Source: Bugula neritina (Eukaryota > Animalia > Bryozoa). From it: 64,000 bases of DNA. Where the stretch lies: contig OZ037767.1 of NCBI GenBank assembly GCA_964035545.1, positions 15,008,998 to 15,072,997 of the forward strand, read 5' to 3'. Of the stretch, positions 1-10,750 are shown in pieces; positions within the stretch are counted from its first letter, which is position 1; every line of letters starts with the position of its first letter. Position numbers and translations under genes: made by a program. Below the pieces are notes generated by a model. It ran no database searches. It was not told the origin of the DNA and saw only the letters and a program-made list of their open reading frames with translations.

Positions 1-1175
1 TTGAAGCAATCTCAGCATACTATCCACAGTTTGACCATCTTCAAATACTGCGTAAGCATATCCTACAAAAAGAAGTATTATTTTGCAATGAAGACTGTAA
101 AGTTTTTTCTTGCACCAGACTGGGTTTGGGGACTGCACTTCACCTGGGCTATAGGATTTGTGCCAGTTTCCTCTGCTGGTTTTTATTACCAACTCAACTT
201 CAAAGCTAGCTTGACTCAGCTGCATAGCTAACTACCGTTAGTTATTATAGCAAACAAGTAGACGAAAATTAGCTATCAGTATCTTATTAGGAACAGAACC
301 AAACGGTTTCAGGGTTGGTTAAATAAGAAAGGTTGGTCTGTTATATAAGAAAAATAAAGATGAAATATTATTAAGATATTATATTTGCTATCATACCAGA
401 TAATAAACCTTTGCTAGGTAGTTGAAGTTGGACTTTTCCAAATCTCTCCAATGCTAACTTTATTTCGTCTGAAATGTTTACATATAACAACAGTAATATT
501 ATTCATAACTAACATTAACTTTGGAGTTCACTCTCACAGCTAACCTATAAACTAGATTTACAGCTATTCTAAAGGACAACATTAAACAAGTAAACAGACC
601 TTTAGTCACATGCTTTGGTATTCCTCCAAGAAAAACTTTGCAAGAAAAACGTGGATTTTCGTTTTCATTTGGCATCTCACCTCGCCATTCGTGTGTTGCT
701 GTCAGAAATTCTACAAAAATATTTAGCAAATATTGAAGTATATTTAAGTTTATAGTGTCACAAAGCTAAAATAATACATAATGTTAATAGAAAACAAGAA
801 AATTTTGTTGTTGCCGATTATTAGACATATGAAACTACTGCTAGCTTACACTTGTCTTGAATAAATTGCTTTATATAACTTAAACAATAAACAGACTAAA
901 ACTATTATTACACTGCTATAATGAAATATAATATTTCCTGGAGTATGACTTAAAAGTTTCTATTAAAATAATTGTTTCTGTTGTCTTTGCAATAGAAAAT
1001 ATATTTCACAGGCAAATTCAGTAAAAACAAATGTGATTTCATTTTCAAATATTTGTTAAAACTTTCTCTAACTTTCTGAAGTTGTATATATATATACCAT
1101 ACAAAGTATATAATCTATATGCTCTAAAGTATTTAATATGTAACTTTATGTACTATACTGAGTCTTACCAGCCAT
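1..1175 (-). CDS. CPEB1: CPEB1/Orb-like RNA-binding protein, copy A (5' part; runs off the window start)
   Basis: Minus-strand exons 1175-1169 (ATGGCTG|gtaag), 710-600 (EFLTATHEWRGEMPNENENPRFSCKVFLGGIPKHVTK), 468-397 (DEIKLALERFGKVQLQLPSKGLLS) and 62-1 (GYAYAVFEDGQTVDSMLRLLQ...). Borders are GT-AG and phases are compatible. SCKVFLGG is the CPEB1 RRM1 RNP2 signature. Exon 1 is the least certain part. Confidence 0.85.
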
Positions 1176-1249
1176 ATTGTACTGTGATGGTGATTGAAGG
1201 ATCTGTTGGTAAACTCTGAGAGATGTATTCTTTGCTGTAAGAAGTCAAG

Positions 1250-1287
1250 AACTGAAGAGATCACCCAGAAGACCTCCATTATATATA
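1250..1287 (-). promoter_or_regulatory. Putative TATA box + initiator of CPEB-like copy A
   Basis: Minus-strand TATATATAA (1287-1279) lies about 30-34 nt upstream of TCAGTT (1255-1250, Inr-like TCAGTY). An ATG-free leader follows, then ACAATATGG with A at -3 and G at +4. Confidence 0.5.
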
Positions 1288-3456
1288 GGTACTGATCACC
1301 TCAATAGGGCAATTATCTCTTGGAGTCAAATCCTTAAGAACTCAATCACAACACCAGAACCAGTAATTAGAGGTACTCAGAGTAACAAAGAAAACTCATC
1401 TCTCAGGTTGGTAGGATTAAGAAAGTGTTACAAACACCAGAACCTGTAATTAGGGGTATCAAAAGAAGCTCATCTGAAAAAAGAGTTACAAATTTGCTAG
1501 AGGTAATAACACACTATACTGAGATCACTGAGTTTTGGGGTAATTTAATAATTGTAAAGACACTACAAATGGACAAACCTTTTCCACTAACACTTTTTGA
1601 CTTGAGGTTTACTTTTATTTTAGCTGATCTAACAAATATTTCCTTTACCTCTAAAGATATTTTTATGAAATGTATATTTTTGCTAAAGCCTGCTATAATG
1701 TTTTAGCTGATAATCGGTTTTTGCATGGTATAAAATAACTTTTATATACCACCTTGATTTTTCAAATATATATCTTAAATAATGTTATATAACTTTAAAA
1801 CTTCATAAATATAATCACAATTAACCAGCCATAAGGGTAACTAGAGTTTGTTAGAGCTATGAATTTTACCAAAATCTTATTGATCATGCAGATAAAAACA
1901 TTTATATAACCAATACCAAAGCATTGATTTATAAAAAAAAATACTGAGTCTGGCCGTTCTCGAGCTAACACAAAAGTAATCAAATATACTTGTAAAAGTT
2001 TTGGTTAAAGCTTGAAATAAGCTTTTATAATAATACATAAGTAAAAGGGTAACTAAAATTTTCAGCAGTTAGATATTATTTAACAGGTTAATTGAAAAAG
2101 CAAGCAAAGTGTTTTTAGAGTTCTCTGCAAGTTGTTTATGGTGTCTTACCCTGAGCTACTATCTCTAAATTAACTACAACATTTATAACAGAAGAAAGCA
2201 CAACAATAATGGCAAAATTTAGGACCGAGCTGTAACGAGTCCAAATTAATGAAAATTACTTTATATTTTGTATATGCTTAAAACTGATGCAAAGCAATTT
2301 TAGGCCAGTGTATTTTTATTCCTTTAGCTGATTTTAGCACGTTGCTCACTTTTAAATAGTCCAAATAGTATATATATACTACTTGCTTTGCCTGTTTTCT
2401 TCTCTTTGTAGACATTTCAATTATTTTGGCATAATTTGTCAAGTTTCTTCAGATTTATGGGTACTTGGCGCATAAATAAATTCCTTTGATCTAAATTAAC
2501 TTATTAACGTTGCATTTTTTATATTTCTTGTTTGGAAAAAAAAAAATTCCATAAAAAGTATTCATTAAAGACAATGTCTATTGTAATTTATTCCTGTTTT
2601 CCATCCCACACAATTTTGTGAAAATTGGAATACAATTCCATATAATATTAATAATTATTAACTGTTATTTTGAGTTTAGCAATCAATACAACAGCTATAT
2701 ATGTATATATAGGTATATTACTATAGTTATATATTGCACCAAAATAGAAATAGCATCTAACTGGGAAGTGTCTATATATCTGGGATGAAACTTTTTCAGA
2801 TAAATATAATGTATGAGTTTAACAAATAGTCTAGATTAATCTCACAGGAGATGAAGTTTTAGCATTAATTATCTTGAACATTTTGTACCAGAATTATAAT
2901 TATGTAATAAGATCTTCTTTCAAAGGACTCACTGTACCAGAGAAAAAGCTGTATAATTGCTGACCAATCAAAGAGGATTAAAAATTGAGAAACTCAGATA
3001 GCTAAAAATCAAAGGTTGTAATTAAAGAATTGCATAATAGAGTAGCTGTCATTAGCTGGTACTCATTCACTGAGTTTTGGGTACATGTGCGTGAGCTGAA
3101 CGTAAATATAACTCTTTCTTATTCAAACAAAACACATAAATAACTCTTTTTCATTAAACAAGAAGTAGGTTCATAAAGAGCAGTTTGAGGTGCATAGGTT
3201 GTCTTTAACATTCAAAGAATTATAGCCTATACAAAGAAGTAGTTCACTCTAGTTCTGTTTCTCTGGATAGTGATACGATACTGCATAAGACTTGTTGAGC
3301 AGCTCTGCTTGAGACAAACTGTTACTTTAGTTATTAAACCACTTAATGCAGATAAAATATACAGGGTGTGTGCTTTGACTAGTTCTACTCTAAAATGTCA
3401 GGATATAAAATTTCTTCTGACCAGAGTGTTTTATACATAATTTTTAATATCTAAAA

Positions 3457-3763
3457 CAGGGGTGTCTAACCTTTCTAGATCAAGGGCCACTGAAAGGGAA
3501 TATTCCGATGGCGAGGGCCACATAGTAAACTTTAGTTTGAGCTGGGGACCACATGCATACAGCATCAGCAATTTTCAAAATAATTTATTCTAAGTTCTTA
3601 TGAATCATTACAATCAAGTCATTTGTCACAATATGTATACAAATAAGATATTTTACTCTAACTCATTGGTGTGTAAAAAATAATTCTATTTGTTGTGCCC
3701 TTGAGGGCCACATAAATGCAGGCTGCCCCCACCCGGCCCTGGGGTCGTTTGTTAAACAGCCTG
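3457..3763. mobile_element. hAT-like (MER30/Charlie-style) non-autonomous DNA transposon
   Basis: Termini are CAGGGGTGTCTAAC and GTTAAACAGCCTG, with an 8-bp near-TSD ATCTAAAA/ATCTAAAC. Paralogues lie at about 12366-12661, 19063-19385, 28960-29280 and 46600-46916. Confidence 0.7.
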
Positions 3764-5923
3764 ATCTAAACTATTACTATAACTTGCTTGTTTTCAAAAA
3801 ACTGAAAAAATATTAAAAGGAAAAATGAGTGGCATGTAAGAGTGTTGGCCTATATAATATATATACATATATGTAAGGTCAGTGTTTCAAATACTAGCAC
3901 TGAGTTTGGGGTCAGCTGATGATAAATTTGTGTTTGAATCCCAGTGGGGGAAATTATTTTGTGTACATTGAAAGATAGTCTTGGTTTAAAAATCTCTTGG
4001 GATTACACCAGCTCTAAGCACCAACTTGTATATTTTTATGGAAAATTTAATTTAATTTAATAATTAGTTGCAGTTGTATATTAGAACTTATAAGTGAAAT
4101 TAAGTTTCTATTTCACTCTAAAAGATACAAATCTAATTGAATTTACGGCATGCACTAGATTACCAGCAAAATTTAGCAAATTTCGGGTATCAATCATTCA
4201 GTGTTTTAACATACCTCTCTTATATTATAAGTGATTTTAGAAACAGTAACTATTACTACACAGGTTAGACTGCACATTAAGGTATTGGAAGAGTCTACAT
4301 TCATAATAATTTACCTAAAACGATCAGAATAACTAGCATTAGCAGCAAGATTTAAGGCACATAAAAGTAGATTTTTAAACTAAAGGAGTTGTGTTTTCAT
4401 GGCTTTACAACACAGATGGAAACTTTGCATGAGAAGAGAGAACAACTCCCAGTTACAAACTATGAATCAGTTTTCAGCATGTCTTGCATAAGAAGTGTAA
4501 CTCTACATGTACATACTTATTATAGACACTGTTTATTTTATATGCAAAGACCAGGCATTTCTTTACATATTTGTATATAATAAACATATCAATGTGACTA
4601 GCAAAAAGAAACACTGTCCAAATAATAAAATATGTTATAGTATAAACATAAGTCCATTATTGAAAAATAAACGAAGATAAAAAGTACAATTTGAAAAAAA
4701 AACATTCAACAAGATACAATATAGACTAGCAGTATATTATCAAATTTTAAAATTAGGCTTTTGCAAAATAAAGAAAAATATTAAGAATATATGTTGAATA
4801 TGATGTAAATGGTAAAAACCAAGGCAGATGTCAAAGTGAATCTGGAATCCAGTAGAGAGGAATGGTATGACACATTGACACACACCAGCAGATGAATTGT
4901 AGTATACAAAGTTCAGTTCACAATCAACACAACATAGGAGAAGATTTACTATACTGCTTCAATAGCCTTATCTTGTAAACAGCAGGTAAAATCTTAACAC
5001 AGGTCAGTATGCCGTAATATTGTGAGGCTAAAGGCTAGCCAACTCTAGACTGACGTGTTGCTATGGGCACCCATACAGTAGTCTAAGTTATTTCGTCTGT
5101 CTGTTTGGAGTAGTTGAATTGAACAGTTGAATTCGACAATGAGAAATTTATACTTGAAAAATTGTTGCAAAGTTTTATATAATTTTGACTTGCACCATTG
5201 CATGCACTAAACCTTTATAGACTTTCAGTGCTTGCAATGGTCAGCTCTGCACTCATGAGATACAGCCTGGAGTTGGTTGTAGCAGCAGTCACCAGTCTCT
5301 ACTGAAATTCTTAGAAGATAAATGCTGTATCCTAAACAGCAAGCAACAGTTAGGCTTTTGCAAAATGTTAACTTCGCACCACAAACTATGCTTAAGAGCT
5401 TGGGCTATTGAATTTCTTTGTTATATGTATGTATATATTATATATGTATACCTGTGTGTCTGTATGTACTTGGTGAAAAAACTCATACACATCAAATAAA
5501 ACTATCTGATGACAATTGTGAAAAGGTTAGCCAACTTTTGCTATGACTATTATATTATATTATGTTATACTACATTATATTGGAGATATTATATATTATA
5601 CTACATAATACTATATTAACATATATTATATATTATATTACATGCAGCATATCTTGCATTGCATATATATACAAGTTTTGGCTATGTCTGATGGTATAGT
5701 GTTTTATTTTAATCACTGTATATTACTTATTATAGCTTTTGAACACAATTAATTGAATGTTCTTTTAAAAATTAATACCCTATTTTTATTTAATAAGAAT
5801 AGTATCTTATAATTATGGCTTTTAGCAGGATATATAATAACTTATTGTATAATTATATATATATATATATACATGTTTATATATATATAGTTTATATATA
5901 TATTTTATACATATAATAAATAT

Positions 5924-6024
<101 letters not shown>

Positions 6025-6244
6025 CATTCCCATATTTATGTGGCTTCATAGAGGGCTGCTCATAGGGGGGGCAGTGAAAAGTTTGACTGAGTCAAATAAA
6101 ACTGTTGACTGAGTCATTTTAATTATTATTGACTCAGTCAAATATTGTCAACACTTGATAGAAACAAATGAATGAATCAGTACGGATTACATGGAAGGAA
6201 AGCCACACGTTTCTATGCAATCCGTACGAAATTATCTTCTCTTA

Positions 6245-6332
6245 GCCTAGGGCCACACTGTGCGTATTTTCGCATGCGAAAATTAAAATCACAAGTAGCA
6301 AAGGCGAAAATACGCATCGTGTGGCCCTAGGC
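6245..6332. mobile_element. 88-bp PIF/Harbinger (Tourist-like) MITE
   Basis: 29-bp TIRs GCCTAGGGCCACACnnTGCGTATTTTCGC match at 27/29. TTA TSD at 6242-6244 and 6333-6335. The empty paralogous site (CTCTTAGTATA) is at about 40795-40805. Confidence 0.85.
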
Positions 6333-7550
6333 TTAGTATAATAATAATTATGATTATAATTATTGTTATAATAATTATTAATGTAAATAAATATTTTTAT
6401 AATTATTATGTAATAATATCCACTTTCAAAAGACTGACACCAAGGGAAAAACTGTATAATTACTGATAAATCTGAGAGGAATAAAGATTGGGAAACTCAG
6501 AGAGCCAAATATTTAATAGTGCTGGTCTAGAATATGTGCAATTATGTAAAGTCAGCACTTCAAATACTAGCTAGAGAGTTTTGTGATGCCAGGAAGAACA
6601 GCTGATTATAAATGCTTCTAATCTACAGCAAAACTCCAAATAAGTTGCCAACATATATTATAGAGAGATGGTATTTGGATGACACTAGCTGCAAGCACCA
6701 ACTATTATGTAGATAAATTGTTTGTCATGAATAACTACCTAGTACTATTGGTAGCAGCTGCAGTATGTTATAAGTGAAATTGAGTTTCTATTTCACTCAA
6801 AGACAAATTTAATTGAATTTATAGTAAATACTAGTTCAAAAAACATAAGTCTTTGCTTACTTGAACTTTTTGCAAACTTTAATAAAGCATATTTTTGAGC
6901 AGCACAGTAAAGGTGAGTGTGAGGAAAGAGATTATAGTTACATCATTGTACTTTTCACTATAAGATGATAAATATAGTTGTTGATTTCTCATTTACATTA
7001 TGGCACTATATCATTTTGTCATGTAGACAAAATAAGGTTTAACAAAGTTTGGACTGTTTGAAGTTGATGAAATCATGCTAACTAACTCTAAGCTGATTTT
7101 TCTGTCATGTATTTAAATACTACACTATTTTCATCCTACAATCTGCATGTACATTAGCCATTTATCTCTCTACATGTATTTTGCTTTGCTTTGAAAACTC
7201 CCTCATTCCTCGTTAAAGTATTTCAAGTCAACATCATATTGCCTTTTTCCTAATGCTTAGTGTTTAAAGGAAAAGACACATTTGATTTAAATTTATAGCA
7301 AATAATTTATTCTAAAAGTACATGTTTATAAATATAATAGTATTTGCTACCATCACTAACATAATATTTACAAATTACAAAGCAGCAAAACTCATCTGTT
7401 ACTGATGAAAAAGAAGCTAAAAAGGTTTAAGATTGTTTGGCTAAAACCTGTGAAGTAAATTATAACACAATGTGTTGTTTACAGAGAGGGAGGGAGGGGC
7501 AAGTCTGTGAATAAATATAAAGCTAGTTGATGAGTTGATGTTATGGTTAT

Positions 7551-10500
7551 TCAGTCTGTCTGTGTAGACACAGACCGGGTAGATTTCAGAGGATGCTTCC
7601 TAGCAACAGGTATGTGTTTTTGTTCACACAATAAGTGGCGGTCCAGCCAACAGCGTTCACAAAAATACTAAAACATGAAAAATACATTCATTGTACTTCA
7701 TAAACAAAATGAAGCCCGACCTTGAAAAAGAAAAGTTTTCACGAACATGCGAAGCTATATAACTTGAATATTTTTATATTTGCAAAATATGCTTAGCACA
7801 TGAAAAATAAAAGAAATCTTCAACCATTATCACTTTAGTAGGACTGGGTATGTATCAATTGTGTGGTAATAATTTAGAAGTATAAAGACATTGGCTATTG
7901 GGTATTTTACCTGAAAGCATGACGAGTGTTTACAGAAGTAGGGTCCCTCTCTCAACATACAATTACCACAGAGAGAATCTTTTACAATGTGAGGATTAAT
8001 CTGTATCTACAACACAATTTGCTCTGTTATAATCAGTATAGAAACAACCAACATAATATTGTTGCACCTTGAAATATTATACAAGAAATATTGTAGAACA
8101 TTCGAAATAAAATAGCAAACCATTGAATAAAGGATTGAAATTGTTGCAACATTGCCAAATTATTATAGTTAGTCAAAAGCTAATTAGAAAAAAATAAGGC
8201 TAAGCTAAATATATAACCAAGTTACTTGTCAAACTACCTGTTTTTGAAAGCCTATCGTATTAATAAATAGACATCCTTCCTCCACAGCCATTTTATAACT
8301 ATTTTTGCAAAGAAACTGCACTCGACCAGAACCTGAAATATTATCATATTTACTTTGCACCAGTAACACCATGTTACAGAGTAACACATCATTTTAATGT
8401 TTATTTAGATTATAGTGTATGTTTGCAAACTGCTTACATAGAAACTTTATGTAAATAACTGCAGTAGGTATATATTAAATTAACTTAAGTATGAGGGTCA
8501 GTCTTACCAATGGGGTATTTGTTTTTATCCGTGTCAATGCTTGCTGATATTACCCTCCCATAAACTTCTTTCATTATATTTGCCAACATGCTGGCCGTAA
8601 TCTTTCCATGTAATCCGCCTACAAATATGCTGTTCCCTTCTCCAATATTTTTTCTAGCCGTGAGATGAAAGTTATTATTTATATTCCAAGGAATTATCTC
8701 CACCTGGTAAACATTAAACTTTTCAAGTATATGGCATAGCCAATTATATAATTTATAAACAAAACTATGCATTACAACCACTACACACATTTCATGTAAG
8801 GACAAATAGAATGAATAACTGTTTATTCACCTTTTTACCCCTAATAGTAATTTTCCTTTCTCCATATTCTGATTGAAGCAATCTCAGCATACTATCCACA
8901 GTTTGACCATCTTCAAATACTGCGTAAGCATACCCTTCAAGTACAAAAAAAGTAATATTGTGCAATGAAGACTGTAAAGTTTTTTCTTGCACTAGTATGG
9001 GTTTGGGGACTGCACTTCACCTGGGCTATAGGATTTGTGCCAGTTTTCTCCACTGGTGTTTATTACCAACTCAACTTCAAATCTAGCTTGACTCAGATGT
9101 ATAGCTAACTAATTAGCAATCAGTATCTTACTAGGAACAGAACCAAAAGATTTCGCGGCTGGTTAAATAAGAAAGGTTGGTCTGTTATATAGGAAAAATA
9201 AAGATGAAATACAACCTTTGCGACTTTCTGGCCTAATAATTTACTCAACTGGCAGGACAAGAAGTGAAAACTTCATAGAGACCACATCTTAAATTGGATT
9301 TAGTGAGTACAATACAACTAATCTTCTTTTTGCAGATTGAATGCAGCTTAATAATTTCAAATTTTAACCACTGTGTTATTTCTAGTTGTAGTTGGGATAG
9401 TTATCAATGCTATTGCTATCTATAGCTATTATTGAGAGTAGAAAAGCTGATTGGGTTTGTTAGAAATATAGCCGCAATGAAGGTACGAAACAGGGAGGGG
9501 TGTAGTAACCTCTGCATAGTCATAGATCAGGGGTGGACAATTTCTTATCTTTGAGGACCAAGTTAAGAAGTCAAACAAAATTATAGTACACATAATAGAA
9601 CCTATGCTGATGGAGGTGCTAATCAGATTAGCAATGACACTGAAAAATGGGCAAAAGGGTCACAAGTGGCAATGGGACTCCCAGTTGTCCTCCTTTGCAG
9701 TAGATGAACAGTTAATTATATATATCTGAGATGTAAAAATGTTATCCTCACTGGGATTCAAACCCTACGCCTTTGACTAACCATTACACAAAGAGATTCC
9801 TAACAACATGATACTATTAAGATATTATATAAAGATGAAATACTATTAGGATATTATATTTGCTATCATACCAGATAATAAACCTTTGCTAGGTAGTTGA
9901 AGATGGACTTTTCCAAATCTCTCCAATGCTAACTTTATCTCGTCTGAAATGTTCACATATAACTATAATATCATTCATAACTAACATTAACTTTAGAATT
10001 CATTCTCACAGCTAACCTATAAACTAGATTCACTGCCATTTTAAAGGACAACATTAAACAATTAAACAGACCTTTAGTTACATGCTTTGGTATTCCTCCA
10101 AGAAAAACTTTGCAAGAATAACGTGGATTTTCGTTTTCAATTGGCATCTCACCTCGCCATTCGTGTGTTGCTGTCAGAAACTCTACAAAAATATTTGACA
10201 AATTAAATTAAACTTAAGTCTATAGAGTCACAAGGCTAAAATGATACATAATGGTAATAGAAAACAAGAAAACCTGGTTGTTTAGGATTATTAAACATAT
10301 GAAACTACTGTTTGCTGATACTTGTATTGAATATAAGCTGCTTTTTATAACTTAAACAATAAACAGACTGAAACTATTATTGCACTGCTATAATGAAATA
10401 TAATATTTTCTGGAGTATGACTTAAAAAGTTGCTATTAAAATTGTTTCTGTTGTCTTTGCAATAGAAAATATATTTCACAAGCAAATTCAGTAAAAACAA

Positions 10501-10638
10501 ATGTGATTCAATTTTAAATATTTGTTAAAACTTTCTTTAACTTTCTGAAGTTGTATATACCATACAAAGTATATAATCTATATGCTCTAAGGTATTTAAT
10601 ATGTAACTTTATGTACTATACTGAGTCTTACCAGCCAT
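7551..10638 (-). CDS. CPEB1: CPEB1/Orb-like protein (RRM1-RRM2-ZZ), copy B, 8 exons, about 265 aa
   Basis: Exons 10638-10632, 10182-10072, 9943-9872, 8934-8831, 8703-8508, 8332-8238, 8006-7911, 7667-7551 (TGA). All are GT-AG and phase-compatible, with no internal stop. Motifs: [49 protein letters not shown] (CPEB1-type, not the CPEB2-4 KYPKGAGR), and ZZ domain SLCGNC..PYFCKHSSCFQYFCERCWLDRH..H with 6 Cys + 2 His. Confidence 0.9.
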
Positions 10639-10712
10639 ATTGTACTGTGATGGTGATTGAAGGATCTGTTGGTAAACTCTGAGAGATGTATTCTTTGCTG
10701 TAAGAAGTCAAG

Positions 10713-10750
10713 AACTGAAGAGATCTCCCAGAAGACCTCCATTATATATA
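10713..10750 (-). promoter_or_regulatory. Putative TATA + Inr, copy B
   Basis: Same motifs and spacing to the ATG as copy A. Confidence 0.5.

Larger units (their letters stand above)
1180..5240 (+). pseudogene. Decayed LRR + 7TM (LGR/GRL101-like GPCR) remnant; parts recur in every spacer
   Basis: Frameshifted fragments occur in the expected order. An LRRNT-like EEI-PEDL lies near 1255, LRR-like SSFKGLT..EKKLYN near 2915 and IKVLEESTF near 4280. TM6-like TDVLLWAPI is at 5049-5075 and TM7-like LAPLHALN..TFS at about 5189-5230. Many stops and indels; recognised by eye only. Confidence 0.4.

Noticed and set aside
63-225. Open frame in intron 3 of copy A, in frame with exon 4 (MQLSQASFEV...)
   Set aside because: The frame is not preserved across copies and the canonical acceptor at 63-64 is intact, so this is probably chance.
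499-729. Single-exon ORF calls such as 499-729, 8485-8805 and 8792-8992 as complete small proteins
   Set aside because: Each is a CPEB exon plus intronic read-through. CPEB homology stops exactly at the GT/AG sites.
1425-1706. Recurrent plus-strand ORFs of about 93-105 aa (also 10888, 26963, 45069) as a real gene
   Set aside because: They have GTG starts and are broken or truncated in the C and E units. They are better explained as part of the decayed plus-strand remnant.
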